From Nageia nagi (taxonomy: Eukaryota; Plantae; Pinophyta), in contig JBITNC010000001.1 of assembly GCA_050084985.1 (NCBI GenBank), positions 170,686,001 to 170,750,000 on the forward strand: 64,000 nt of DNA. Direction: 5' to 3'. Made by a program: the position numbers and the translations under genes. Every line of letters starts with the position of its first letter. Position 1 is the stretch's first letter. A model generated the notes under the pieces. It was not told where the DNA came from, made no database searches, and saw only the letters and a program-made list of their open reading frames with translations. Below, one piece after another: positions 1-13,938 of the stretch.

Positions 1-3000
1 TTTGAGTCTGATCAATAATGGCCTTCAAGGTGTTGAAGACCACAATTGGTTTTATTGAGATTAACCACTAAGTCTTGTCTAGTGCTAATAGATCAAGGGT
101 ATCCATCAAACATTGAAGACCCTCTACTGTGTGTGAGAGTAGTACAATATCATCGAAAAAAAGGAGGATGGGAGCATGAGTGTTGTGGAGAATACACTTG
201 GTATCGATGCCTACAATCTTAAGTATAAGTGACTCCAACTCATCAATATAGAGACTGAAGAGAGTTAGAGAAAGTGGGCAACTCTGCTTCACCCTAATGG
301 TGCTCTAAATCATGTTAGATAAACCTTCTACAATGCACACCCTCCCTGACATTGACTCGTAAAGAGTCAAGATGGTTGTAAGCCCTAGTTTGAGGATCCT
401 TAATCATTTAAATCTATCCATGAGTTTGTGATGCAGGATAGTATTAAAAGCCTTCTTGAATCTATAAAATAACTAAAAATTAGGGACTTTTGAAACTTAG
501 TCTCCTTAATAATCACTCAAATAGTGAGGATGTGGTCGATGGTGCGATGATCTTTGGGGAAACCTTCCTATCCTCCTACTCTAAATCCTCTAACATCTTC
601 CAACTGATATGTGTAGTCTTCAAGAATGGTGGCATAAAGCTTGGCCATAGTGTGGCTAATCATAATGGTGCAATAATTGCTTAGATCACAAGGGTCACTT
701 GATTTGTGGATGGGGTGGATAATGTTCAATGTACAAGGGGTGTGGAAGCCAGTGCAAATGATGGTGTTGAAGAGATGGGAGAGGAAGGGGGCAAGATAGA
801 ACTAGCATGCTTGAGATATTCAAATTGAAGGTTTTTGATGTCAGGCACTTTCCCAAACTAAGCTTAAGGATGGCTTTATGGATGAGGGGAGGGGAAAAAA
901 AGTCAAAGGAGGAAGGGCGATTGATAACAAGTGAAGGGATGTGGTTGGGATTGATGTGGAACCAAGAGGCATAAATGCTCCAATCTTGTAAAGTGATGTG
1001 GCTAGTGTGATGTGTTCTAGGTGAAAAAGAGCATCAGAGAGATTTAGGATCATTATGGACTATCAAGATGATTTCTTATCATGTTTTGGCCAAGAAGTGG
1101 TGCTTCTTGGTCCTCAAGAGCTAATAATAAGAGCAATGTAGGTACTAGATGACATGAGGGGGATTTACAAAGTTGATGGCCTATTTGAGTTGGTAATGGC
1201 TAGATTTAAATTCCACATTGAACCATTGGTTCATCGAGGAATGAGCAGGATGTCAAGGTGGGGTGGAGGGTGGATGATGTGAAGGTAAATTCACATGATA
1301 GTGGAGTGCAGGGTCTCAAAAAGAAAAAATATTTGATCATCGATGGAGGAGAAAGAGTGCATGTGGGGAAGTTTTTATTTCAGGATAAAATTATACTTGG
1401 GAGCAAGATCCCAATCAAAGTGGATGACTATATAAGGTGTGTGAGGGGTGGGGTGATGGGTTGATAGAGAAGGTCATGGGGAAAATCTATGAGCGAAAGT
1501 GTCAGGTGGGCATTGTTGGCAAGGGGGAGATAAGGGGATACATGGAAGTTCTGATATAGGGAGACAAGTGAGGGGATAATAAGGATGTAGTCCATAATAT
1601 TCAACCCACCTACTTAAGGAAAACATGTATGATGACAAGAGTGGGGTAATTGAGTAATACCATTCAAAATGATGAGATCATGAGTCTCTCCCAACTCAAG
1701 AAGAGATCATCCATAAACTGACATAGGCATAGTATCATTAGATGCTCATTAGATCTCATCATCCCACTCTAAAGCCCTAAGGTGGAGAGGATCTACTTGC
1801 TAATCAAAATACTATTTCTAAATACTCCTTATCTTGCCATTGAAATTCCTTACCAAGATGATATCCCCCTGCACTACATATCTAGAGATCTTGAGGAAGA
1901 GGTCCAAGAATGGAGACTCATCATCTCCATGGATGGTATAACATTAGATCACTAGAGGAAAATAACAACCTACTATGTAGAGTCTCCTAAGAGGTGATGG
2001 TCTTGTGATGGATAACCAAATATATCATGCAATCATGTCAATCCCCTCCACTTGCATCCTACGATGCAAGTGATCATTGATCAAGAAGGATACCCCTCTT
2101 GAGCCATGATCATAGCTACCTAGGTGTGTAGATTTACTAAATGTAAATATCCAAGAATAACCAATGAAAGGAGGAAAACCCTTAACAACGCTCTTGTGTG
2201 TCTTTGTAAAAAGAATCAAGTCTGTATTATGAATGGTATTACGAACTGATCTAGGTGAAGACCAAATCATCTCGTTACAATTCCAAATTGTAAATATGAG
2301 CACTATAGGGGTATAATGTTGGCATCATTGTAGGGGTTTGGGATGAACCCAGCTCGAAGGGGGATGTCATGGAAGACTACCATACAAACTCAAATAATAG
2401 CTCATTTGTTATCTTTCTTAGCCACTACTACCAATGCTTTAACTTTTTGAAGCTCATCAACCTGGATGCGAGTGAGGTTAACATCCAAATAGATCTTGGT
2501 AGAGTAATTTTTTTTGCTCTTAGGGCTTGAAGATGATATGCTACTGAATGAAAGTAGATGATAAGAGATTCATCTTGGGCAAACTAGGCTTTCTACACTG
2601 TGATATTCTACAACTCGAGTATCATGAAGAAAATCAAGAGTGGCTTTTTTAGGGTCTTGAAATTTTGGTAGTCCTCTAACTCATAAATTCAAGGCTTTCA
2701 ACTTATGCAACTATTCTTCTTTAAATTTTGCATTCACAATGAGGTATACAAATGGAGAAGTTTTCTTGCCTTTAGCTACTTGAACCCAAGAGGTTTGATC
2801 CTCCACTTATTTTTGCATTGATTGTTGTTAGGTTGTAATGGCTTATATAAATTGTTCCTATTGTGAAATGATCATAGATTACTTGAGTTGATCTCAAATA
2901 TAGATTCATGAAGATGCTATATTTATTGGATTTTATCAATAGGAGGGGTCTAAACCATCTCCATGTTTTTGAGTCTAATTTCATGTTCTTATACTTGGGC

Positions 3001-3717
3001 TTATATAGTAGTAATAGGAACCTTTTGTTCAAAGTTTGTTGCCATGAGGGAGGACATCAACTCTGTTAAATTATAAAGATAATTAAAGAAATGATTGAAT
3101 ATTTATCTTGTTGCATTATCATTATTGGTAGCCATTTATGCCTCTACATAGACTCTCCAATACTTGGTAGATGTAGGGAATACAATAGGCAATTGTTCAT
3201 ATATATGTTCTACCTCAAAAATAAGCCTTTGTTGGGCTTCACTAACAAGCGTATCCCAAGCATCCACATTATAGTGATCAACAAGAATTCTCTCTTGCTA
3301 TCTTCTCCTTCAGAGTAGAGTGCATGCTTAAATTAGCAAAAGTCTCTATGAGAGCTATCATGGTATCCAAAAGATCACAAACAAATTAGCATATAAAGAA
3401 AGCACATGAAATGTTTGACAAAATATGCTATAAACATACCTTGTATGAGAATCCCTTGAATTCACCAGATGGAACCCTTCCCTGTTGATAAAATTACTCA
3501 TCAATAATCCACTCAAAAATGTGAGGTTGAGGTGGTGTCATGAGGTTGAGAAAAGGTCATGGATATCATGTGGAGCTAAGCAATGGACACGTGGGGTAGA
3601 ATAAAGGTCGCATGAGGCTGGGAGGACATTACATCAAGTAAAATGGTCATCACATGGGGTGGAGCTAAGCATAGGCGGATGTAAGGTGAATGTTGGGTGG
3701 GCACGAGAAAACCCTCT
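1..3717 (-). mobile_element. Degenerate non-LTR retrotransposon (RTEX/L2-like LINE): ORF1, AP-endonuclease and RT; runs off the window start
   Basis: ORF 68..292 has RT motifs (VKQSCPLSLTLFSLYID...LLFFDD). ORF 2025..2303 has an APE N-terminus (IWNCN...DLILFTKT...GSRGVSFLI). Manual minus-strand translation of 2400-2710 gives ORF1-like ALNL*VRGLP...ALRAKK...KIYLDVNLT. The 5' limit (GC-richer stretch ending near 3717) is approximate. Confidence 0.85.
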
Positions 3718-3744
3718 GTGAAGTTTTAATTTAATCTAAGGCCA

Positions 3745-4710
3745 AAATGAACCTTCAAACTTTAACAAGGCTTCTAAAAATTCTCATTGGATCATACTTT
3801 GCATAAGTCTCTTGTAGTAAACATTTAATGTTAAAATGAACCTTCAAACTTTAAGGAGACTTCTAAACATTCTTGTTGGATGGATGCTATGAACTTAGAA
3901 TATAAAGCTCTTATGAAAATGGAACTTGGGACATGGTTCCATATCCAACCATGAGGAATGTGATTAGAAATAAATGGGTTTACAATAAGTTCAATTTAGA
4001 AGGGGAAATTGAGAAATACAAGGCAAGGTTGGTGGTTAAGGATTTTGCTCATATATATGAAGTTGATTATGAAGAAACATTTGCTCTAGTTGCAAAAATG
4101 TCTATAGTTATACTTATTCTTGCCCTTTCAGCAGCTTAATATTAAAATATATTCTAACTTGATGTGACGAGTGCTTTTCTTAATGGTTACTTAGATGTTG
4201 AATTATACATAAGTCAACATGAGGGGTTTGTTGTTCCTAAAAAATAACCACATATATGCAAGTTAAAGAAGTCCTTGCATGGACTTAAGCAATCACCAAG
4301 AGCTTGGTATGAAAAGATTTCAGGTTACTTTAAAACTATTGGGTTCTCCAAGTGATACACAAGTTCATATCTTTATGTGCTCGATGAAGGTAAAGACATA
4401 GTCTTGATGCTTCTCTATGTTGATGACCTTTTGATTACATGGAATAATATGTTTACCATATATAAGAGAATATCCAAGCTTAAGTCAAAATATGAGATGA
4501 TTGATCTTGGTCTCTTGCATTACTACCTTGGTGTGCAAGTGTATCAATACAAGAATTGTACTTACCTTAGTCAATCCAAATACATCTCAAATATTCTATA
4601 GAAGTTTGGAATGAAAGAATGCAAGCTTTTGGATATCCTAGTGTCTCCTAGAATCAAATTAGAGATCAACTCTAACTCTCAATTAGTGGATGCTTTTGTT
4701 ACCAACATAA
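3745..4710 (+). mobile_element. Ty1/Copia reverse transcriptase remnant, same family as the copies at 38633-51119 and 60550-64000
   Basis: ORFs 3933..4139 (KYKARLVVK...DYEETFA) and 4377..4601 (LLYVDDLL...YYLGVQVYQYKNCTYLSQSKY) with stops and frameshifts. The ~40-bp EPSNF segment is duplicated at 3745 and 3833. Confidence 0.92.
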
Positions 4711-5759
4711 AGAAGTATTGATGTAATAGAGACCTCACTAAGCATTGTTAGTATGATGTTTCGATGGAAATTATTGGTCTTCATGTATTCATCATCAATA
4801 TTGCTATAAACATCCTTTGTCATGTGAATACTCTTGATATAATTAATCTCTTTTAAACAATAAAAATCCTTGCTATAAGTTTGTAATATGCCTCATGTTG
4901 CACAATAATATGTGAAGGAAATGGTATATTAATCAACCTATGTTACTATTTAAAAGCCTTCCTAATGACCATTAACATAAATCCATTGACATGTAATGAA
5001 TTCATTAACATGCAAATTTAAAAATATGATACTTATTTTGTATCAAGATCATTAAACTCAAATGGTGTGTATAATTTTATAAGATCTTGGAAAAAGACAT
5101 TCAAATTCAAATGAATTTTCAAGCTAGAGGATAAGTTATTATACAATTTATTCTATTTGGTGAAGAATATAAAGTACACATTAGAAGTATGGTACTAGTT
5201 TGAATTATGATTTTAGAATCAAAATGTGGTATACAATCTTCAATATAGGATAATAATTTAAGAAATATGGTTATATAATTACCCATTAAAGTAATGGACC
5301 TTGTAGAGATTATTGTAGTGAATAGAGAATCCAAAATAATTATGTTCAAATAAATAAAAGGGATCCTAATCACAAATGATACCTTGAAGTGATAAAGTTG
5401 TTAGAGAAATAATATGGAATATGTAGAGTTGAATAAGGTATCCTTATAAAGGTCCAAGAGATATAAAGTGAAACTAATATGGTTAATCATGAAACATGGT
5501 TATAAAATAAGTAACTCATACTAGTTATTGATGATTTAGAAATAATTTGATAGTAGCATGAAAGATGTTTTGTTGTAAAAGACAAACACTTGAGAAAACT
5601 AAAGCATATGTTGGATGAAAATGTTTAAATAATTATAACTAAAGGCTATGCTAACGATACAATATGTTCATGTGGATCATCTTTATCTATTTCTAAATCA
5701 TTCAAGTGTTAAATATTAAAAAAGTATATATATTGAAAAAGATTTTGGTGAAGTCAAGA

Positions 5760-6260
5760 ATAAGTGGAACATTACAATGATGAAGTTCTTGAGATCTTTC
5801 ATTCCAATGAAAAACTTGATTCCTCCAAATTTCAAATCAAGTGATATTGGAGCATTGAAATCACTAACCCCATCAACTAGTGGAGGAAGGAAAATGCTTA
5901 CTTGATGTTTTGTAAACTATTCCAATAATATGTTTTTCCAAGTGACCATTTGGAACATAGATATTAATAACAATAAAATTAAAAATGAGATTTAAATAAG
6001 AAAAAAGCATGATCATGCACTTAAGGTGATTGAAAAGTAGAGTTCCTCCCATGAAATTTAGGTTCCACATGACCCAAATTCCTCAAACTTTATATTTCTC
6101 CATATTCTTCTAATTGAATTCTTCACTTTTTCCTCATTATTTTCCTTTCTATCTTATAAGAACATGATATCCAACTTATGTTCATGACATAGAACCTTAA
6201 TGAACCTCCTTTAAATAGAGTTGCACCTATGATATTCTAATTAAGGATCTTCACTTAATC
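5760..6260 (-). mobile_element. L1 LINE endonuclease remnant
   Basis: Minus-strand translation gives KILN*NIIG.../HKLDIMFL, INIYVPN (ORF 5873..6070) and GDFNAP-like motifs of the L1 APE domain. Confidence 0.7.
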
Positions 6261-6519
6261 ATGGATGATGATACCCTTAATTTGTTATAAAGTACACTAA
6301 GTAGCCTAAGTTCTCCCAAATTCTTATTCAAATCTCCTATCTGCATTCTTTTATGCAATTTTAATTATATTCCTAACGAATCACGTAACATCGATTATAT
6401 TATATAACTCAAAAAAATTATAATATCATTTAAATATTAAATTCATATAACATTGAAAATTTTATTATCAAAAATGTTTACAATTTTATTATCATTGATG
6501 AAAGTTATATCCTTAAGCT

Positions 6520-7462
6520 TCTCTTATTTCCCCCCTCTACTACCTTCTCCTCCCCCTCGCTTTGGCTTCTCCCCTTTCCACCCTTCTTCCCCTTCGCCCC
6601 CTTTTGTTCTTCCCCTCCCCCTTCACATTCCCATTCCCATTCTTTATCCTTCTTCCCCCTCTCATCCCTTATTCTTCCTCTTCCCTTCCCCTTCCACTAC
6701 TCCCATTTTCTTTCTTATTCTCCCCTCCCCTTTGCCCCTAACCTTCTAACCCTCCCTCCTCACTATTTCACCTTCACCTCCCATCTTCCTCCTTCTACCC
6801 CTACTCCTCACCTTCTACCCCTCCCCCAATTGCCATTTTCATCTCCTTCTACACCTTATTCCTACTACCACTTCACCCTTTCCTTCTTCTCCCCCTTCCC
6901 TTTGCCACCTCACTTTTTACCCCTTCCCCTTACTTTCTCCTTTTTCTTCCCTTCCCTCATTGCTTCATGCTTCCCACCTCTCCTCCCCTTTTTCTTCTCC
7001 CCCCTCTCTTCCTCACATGTTACCCCCTCCCACTTTCTTCTTATCCTCCATTATTGCCCTCCCTTTCCCCTTCTACCCCCCTCTCCTCCTCCTATGTTTC
7101 CCCTCCACTTCACTCCACTCGATCCTCCCCTCCCACCACTATTTCATCTAATTTCCCCACCCCTTCCCTTGCACTTCTCCCCTCTCTGCTCCCCATGCCC
7201 TACCACTTCTCCCCCTTCCCTTCCCTTTACCTTCCTTCCCCTCTCGTATTCCTCTTATCCCCCTTCTTCTCCCCCTCCCCTCTCTCTTCCCTCCCTCCCA
7301 CTCATGTCCACTCCTTATGACCTTCTCATACTTCCCCTAACCTTCCCCTCTAACTTCTCTCCCCTTATCCTTTGCCCTCCCCCTTCTTTTCACTAACCCC
7401 TTCCCCTTTCCTTGTACCCTTGGCCTTCCTTCCCTTCCCCTTCCACCCTCACCTTCCCTTTC
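6520..7462. repeat. ~940-bp polypyrimidine (C/T) low-complexity tract
   Basis: The + strand is almost entirely C and T, with sharp borders against AT-rich flanks. Confidence 0.95.
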
Positions 7463-8853
7463 ATTAAACAATTTACCATAAAATGTTATATCAATCTTTA
7501 CAAATAATGTTTTCTATTTTATCAATTTTAAAATTATGTATAAAAAATAATGTAACTAATTAAACTTGTGAGACACTTAGGACAAATTTACCATGATACG
7601 TTATTTCAATAATTATAAATTGTATTCTCTACATATATCAATTTCAAAAACATATTTGTAAAAATAAGGTAACTAAGGTGAAATTAATTTTACTAATGAA
7701 ATTAATTTTACATTCAATTTTCAACAAAGCATTAAATTTTTTAATACATAGAAAAAATATATCATAATGTTTTCTATTTATTTCAATTTCAAAATTGTTT
7801 GAAAAATTAATGCAACAAATATGATTAAACTAATTTTCTTAACTAAATAACTTCAATTACTTTTGATTCTTCAAACAAAATATTAAATTATTTATTCATG
7901 GAGAAAAAATATTATGTTCAAACTTGCCCTTCCTATTTATTTTCTAAGCCATATATCCATCAAATAAACTTTAACTATAAACATAAACAAAAATAAAAAA
8001 TTTACTTCATACATTCAAATAATAGAATTAATTTATACAATCAATATTTTCCCTTTCAAAGCTTTCAATCAAGAGTGTTACCCTTATGGAGCACTTCGAA
8101 ATTCAAAATTATATCAATTTAATCCATCTAATAAATGTTGTTATTTTCAATTCATATAATCAATGGTCTCAATCCTCTTATCAATTTAAAAAGAAAGAAA
8201 TAGTAAAACTAATTGAGCTTTACAAAATCAAATAACTTCAATTTCTCTTCATTCTTCAACAAGATATTTAATTATCTTTTTATACAAAGAAAAATTACTA
8301 TAGTGTTAATTCAAATGCTTTATTTATTTATTTTATAAACCATATATCTATCAACCAATTTTTACTCTACCAATTAACTAATAAAGTTAAAATTACATTC
8401 AATCATACAATAAAAACTTTAATCTAATTTAAATTAATTTTTAATAAAAAAATATTTAATTTTCATTATTTAACAAAATATTTATATTAATGTTAGCTCA
8501 AGTGCCCTTCTTATTTATATATCAAATAATTTTAATATTTTCCAACTTAACCAAAAAAAAATTACATTACATACATTCAAAACTCAAAGTTGTTCTTTTA
8601 AATGGAACTAGCAAATCCATTTTAGTACATTGTCATATAATTATTTTAATAATGTATATTAAAAATAAAAAATTTATCCTTCAAATCTAGCGCAACAAAA
8701 AATCAACATTTATATGAAAAAATTTCCATTCCTTACTTTCAATTATTTAATTTATAAAATAAATCAACATATTTATATTTTATGTTGTATATTTACTATT
8801 TATTATAAATATTTTACATATCCTTTCAACTAGGTTAAGGCATAAAAAAACAT

Positions 8854-8968
<115 letters not shown>

Positions 8969-10595
8969 TAATAAATTTATGCAATATGAAATAAAATTTC
9001 CCTTTTTTACATATTTTTTGATATAATTTAATCAAAATAGTATCTAAAGCTCCAATGAGGGCAACATAGTGGTTGGATCTTGAGATATCTACAACGTTCA
9101 CCAACAAATCAAGAATTCCAATTCTTACATTGGATATGTGAAGTATGTACGTATTTATCATTATTATAATAATAATAATAATATCTAATATAATATTAAT
9201 AATTTACTTAATATTTATTAATAATACATTTATTTCTATAACAAACAATTAAAAAATTAAAATTATTTAACTATAAAACAAAATAAAACTCGTGAACATA
9301 ATCATAATTATAAATTAAAATCATATGCTAAAAAATATATTTTAACTATGTAAATCATTGAAAACATCTTAAAAACTAATCTAAAAAAACATGTTAATAT
9401 TTACTTTCTTCATATTAAATTAATTTTTTTATTAGAATAAAAATGAATTACATGAAAAAAATTATAAATTATAAGCATTTTTTTTCATTAAAAAACAAGA
9501 CTTCCAAATAAAGTTGCTATTCTAGTAGTGGAACACAATAATCAAACTTCAATTATAAATTCTCACAAAATAATATAAAAAATAATAATAATTAATAAGT
9601 TATTCAATTGTAATGAATTTATAAGAAACATGTTTACAATTTTTTTTTAAATACAAATTTATATGGTAAACTATATATGCAATTTACAATAATATGTGTT
9701 CCCACTTAATAAAAGTTATATGTATATACAATTTTTATATATTCAAATAATAAATAGAAAAAAATAAGAAAAAATGTTATTTCATATTAAAAAAACTACA
9801 TTATTCATGTGAATAAAGAAAATGACCATCTAACATTTAATTGATTATTTGATAAAAATTTTGCAAGAGGAATACATTAAAATTCAAACATAATGCAGTA
9901 ATAATTAATAAAATGTTTACCATCTCAAATCTCAAGGATCTTACTAAATTGAATTTAAAGAAATTGTTTGAGATGGAATTTGTGTTAAATTATAATAATG
10001 TATTACTAACTTTAATGACTTCTTATTATGTGCTTTAATACCATATCAAAATATCTTGTTAGATATATATATATATAAAGCTATTGCATTGATTAAAATA
10101 TCTTGTTAGATAAAAAATAGTTATTGCATTGATTAAATAAAATTGCCCAAATTGTTTTATACTTCCACCAAAGGCCAAAAATCCTTGGAACATATTTCAC
10201 TAATGAAATCATGATCGACTATCTTAATATGTTAATCAAACAAAAACCTTAATAACATGATGCTTAGATTTATAAATATTTTTTTAAATTATGAATATTC
10301 ATATTTATGATCTTTGACATAGCAATGAGACTCGCACATAACATTGGATAAGGTAAACATATATCTAATATTCATATAACTAAATAGATTCAAATAAAAG
10401 AAATTAATAATAAAATATTTTGAATTTGGAAAATAATATAAGTAACTTTGAATAGAATACTTTCAAACCTAGTTTAGATGATCTTTCTTCTCATCTTGAA
10501 TGTGTTGACTACCCTTCATTTGCAAGAATTATTTCTCGTCTCATTAAAATTTTTAAATAATGAGATATTATTATACATGAATTCTATTTATGTCG

Positions 10596-10890
10596 AAACT
10601 CTTAAATAATGAGATAGCATTATAATACGTGAATTCTATTATTTGTGTCAAAACTATGTAACCACCTCAAACTTAAATTATAAAATTATCATAAAACATA
10701 TAAAGATATAACTTACTCAATGGGTTGTTGAAAATTTCACTTCAATTGAAACTCTTAAATAGTGAGATATCATTATACGTTAATTTTATTATTTGTGTCG
10801 AAACTATGTACCCAACTCAAACTTAAATTATAAAATTATCATAAAACATATAAAGAAGATATCACTTACTCAATGGATTGTTGAAAATTA
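10596..10890. repeat. Tandem duplication with a ~153-bp unit (plus a partial third unit upstream)
   Basis: aaactcttaaata.tgagata...ctcaaacttaaattataaaattatcataaaacatataaaga...ttgttgaaaatt occurs twice. Confidence 0.9.
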
Positions 10891-11280
10891 CATATGAGAG
10901 ATCTTGATTGTTGTTTCAATATAAACCAAAGCAAACATAATTAATTGGCTAAAGAAATATCAATAAACTATATTCAGAAGCAGAAAAAATGGGATTCAAA
11001 ACTAGCCACATGCTTACGGCATTTGCCTACAAAGTAGATATTTTAAATCATGTTAAAAATGCTTGAATAATATCATAACTTGAGTTTATCACAGAAGACT
11101 GCAAACAAAATAAAGCAAGGATCGCAATAGATTTTTATAAGGATCATAGCAGGATATAGGATATTTACGTAAGGCTAATTTCAAAATAATCAGCCTCAAA
11201 AGCCAAAAAGAGAGAGCTCAGTCCACAAAGGTAACCAGTCAATATGAACAAATATTTTTACCTATAAATTTTGAATTCAG

Positions 11281-12498
11281 GCTGAAAAAAATACAAAATG
11301 GAATAAAAAAACGTAGTGGTGCAATCGAGAATGTGGTTATGAATGATAATGATATATTTTCAATGATGGAATTCCTCGAAAACCATATCAGATTCGGATA
11401 TAGTAGAGAAAAGATCTAGGGAAATATCATTAAAAGAGGATAATGGGTGACAAGAAAAAATTTAAAACTTAGTAAAAACAAAAGTTAATCTTAAGAAACG
11501 TAATAAAAATCTGACTACTTTGCTTGAAACATTGTGTCTTGATAAAGCTAGAGTTAATTTAGAAATTGATTTTAATGATAAGGGATATGATAAAAGGCAA
11601 AATGTTGATTATGAAATGAGTGACATACAAAAAACTGGAGAACTTTTAGAGAATGAAGTAATTTGTAAGTGGCATGACAAAAGTTGCATTTCTGCCACTC
11701 AGATGACAGCATATCATTTACAATCACAAAATAAAAACTCCAAATGGTGGTTTGAATATGGATTTATATAGAAATTTTCTTGAGAATATTGTTGACTATA
11801 ACTTGTTTAAGATAAAAAAAACATTTCAAGATCTCAGTTTCTTCATTACTTTCTGATTCAGATATAGAAGGTTAAGAACCATGGAAGTTCTGTTGAAGTT
11901 GCTTGTAAGAACATGTATGGTGAGAATTTCAAGAAAGTATCCACACATTTCAAGATCTCAGCTTCTTCATTACTTTCTGATTCAGACAAAAAGGTTAAGA
12001 ACCCTAGAACTTCTATTGAAGTTGCTTGTAAGAACATGTATGGTGAGAATTTCAAGAAATTGTCCACCCCAGGTGATTTCTCTCCTGGAGAATAAACTTA
12101 CAAATTGAGAGGCGTTGTGAACAACACCCAATATGAAATTCCTGTGGCCGGTGCATTTGGATCCTCTGCTCCTGAAGATTCAACAGTAGCTGCAGAAAGG
12201 GAACTTGAAAGGGAATGGTACATATCTATATTGGAGGAGTCTAACTTCAATTTTCTTCAGGACAGCGGTAGAGCATCCTGTTTTTGTAGGTGATGGCAAT
12301 ACAAGATGTAAAATATGTGATTCCTTGGAAAATTCAACATCAACCCTCATATGTGATATATGTGAAGAATCTTGTCACATGTCTTGTTGCAATCCTATAG
12401 TAGTCTCACTACCAAAAGATGATTAGTACTATAGATAAATCCATGCATTGGAAGTAGAGAAAACTTGGCTGGACCGAAGTTTCGATCATATTTACCAG
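11281..12498 (+). pseudogene. PHD-finger protein pseudogene fragment, EHD3-like
   Basis: ORF 12205..12426 reads CKICDSLENSTSTLICDICEESCHMSCCNP...PKDD* (C4HC3 PHD with the conserved Trp mutated to stop and the last Cys pair lost). It is preceded in another frame by REWYISIL, which resembles the helix before the PHD in EHD3-like proteins. A CAG|GTAAAG donor lies at 12499. The 5' limit is uncertain. Confidence 0.75.
11821..12068 (+). repeat. Tandem duplication of 123/124 bp inside the PHD pseudogene
   Basis: acatttcaagatctcag...gagaatttcaagaaa starts at 11821 and again at 11945. Confidence 0.95.
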
Positions 12499-13696
12499 GT
12501 AAAGGTGTTCGTGAAAAAAATATTGGTGAACAAGGTGATATTTTTTGGCAAATGCTTCAAGTGTTTTCACTTCTGCGTTTGTTTTTTGATTGTGTTCTCC
12601 TAAGTTCCTAACAACCAACTTGCACATACATCATTTTTCTTGTTAAGGCAGACAAATGATTTTCCTTACGTTTCTGATCAAGAGAAAGTAATATTGATAT
12701 ATGATAACCATACGTCCACTTCTTTTATGGCGAAGCTAATGATGGCCCTTTTAAGTTTTAAGGTGTGTCAAACAAGTCTAAATAACCTTTTGTCATAAAA
12801 TGATAATCAGCCTATTGTTTTGCAAATAGATGATTCATGTTTTTTGAGTTAAAAAAAGATTGTTTTGCAGATTGATCACGCAATGTTGTTAGTATGAAAA
12901 TTAATTTTTTTCTGTGTTACATAGACTATTGGTAACAGGGATGGCAGGCGACACTGCAATGGGCACATATAATTTAATAAATATAGTTTCTTCCATACAT
13001 TAAAGCATAAATGTATGATACAGATTAAAAGAATGTAAAAAAAGTTATATATCATTATCAATATCCACTTTGAATAATCTAATTACATGTTTGCGAGAAA
13101 TGATGTACAATACAAACATGAGGAGCACAAAATGGACTGTTCCAAATCTGAAATTGAACTAAACGCTGTTCTTCTTATCTTTGCTCCCTTTCTGATTGTT
13201 GTTGCTTCATTTGTTTCTGTTGGTTCACTGCTTGTTTTGTTCTTTGATTTTTTTTTTTAAAGATTTTAAGGGTTTGGGGGATGGGAGGGCTTGGTGGGCC
13301 TCAGCCACCCCCCTTTCTTAAGTTATTTTTTGAAGGCTTTGAGCCTTATGATGGATGTTTTACACCTACCTTTGGGGAGATGTGCCAGGGATGACCCAAG
13401 GTTGGGTCTCATTTATTGGGGTTGAAATGCCGTACTACAGCTTTGAGGATAGTTCCCTTGGGGTAATGGACACATCTCTTCGTAACCCTTATTTTTCGCA
13501 ATTGCTTGTCCAAACAACACACCTTTACTCATGCTAGGAAGATAACATACATTTCAATGTATATTTCATTTCATTATTTGCATAATATCTGAAATAAACA
13601 AAACCTTGAATAAAATGCAACCATTCCCCCTTTGTGTGGTTGATCTTTATGGAATCTTGTTTTCAAGACAACTCACAAAAACACTCTCATGTACAC

Positions 13697-13938
13697 GAAC
13701 AATGTTCTAATGCACCAGATTTCATATACCATATAGTAGGCACATAGCTTACCTCTTGTGATGATTATACCACAAACTCAAATACATTCACCTTGTTTTT
13801 GTTTTTAGTCTTCAACTGAACAATGTTTTAATGCACCAGATTTCATATGCCATATAGTAGGCACATAGCTTACCTCTTGTGATGATTATACCACAAATTC
13901 AAATACATTCACCTTGTTCTTGTTTTTAGTCTTCAACT
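13697..13938. repeat. Tandem duplication, 121-bp unit x2
   Basis: gaacaatgtt...gtcttcaact at 13697 and 13818, near-identical. Confidence 0.95.

Noticed and set aside
6453-7396. Pro/Ser/Leu/Phe-rich ORFs (extensin-like)
   Set aside because: Artefact of a C/T tract that rarely forms stop codons. All frames are similarly open.
9040-9140. Possible tRNA-derived SINE remnant
   Set aside because: A/B boxes are too degenerate to support a call.
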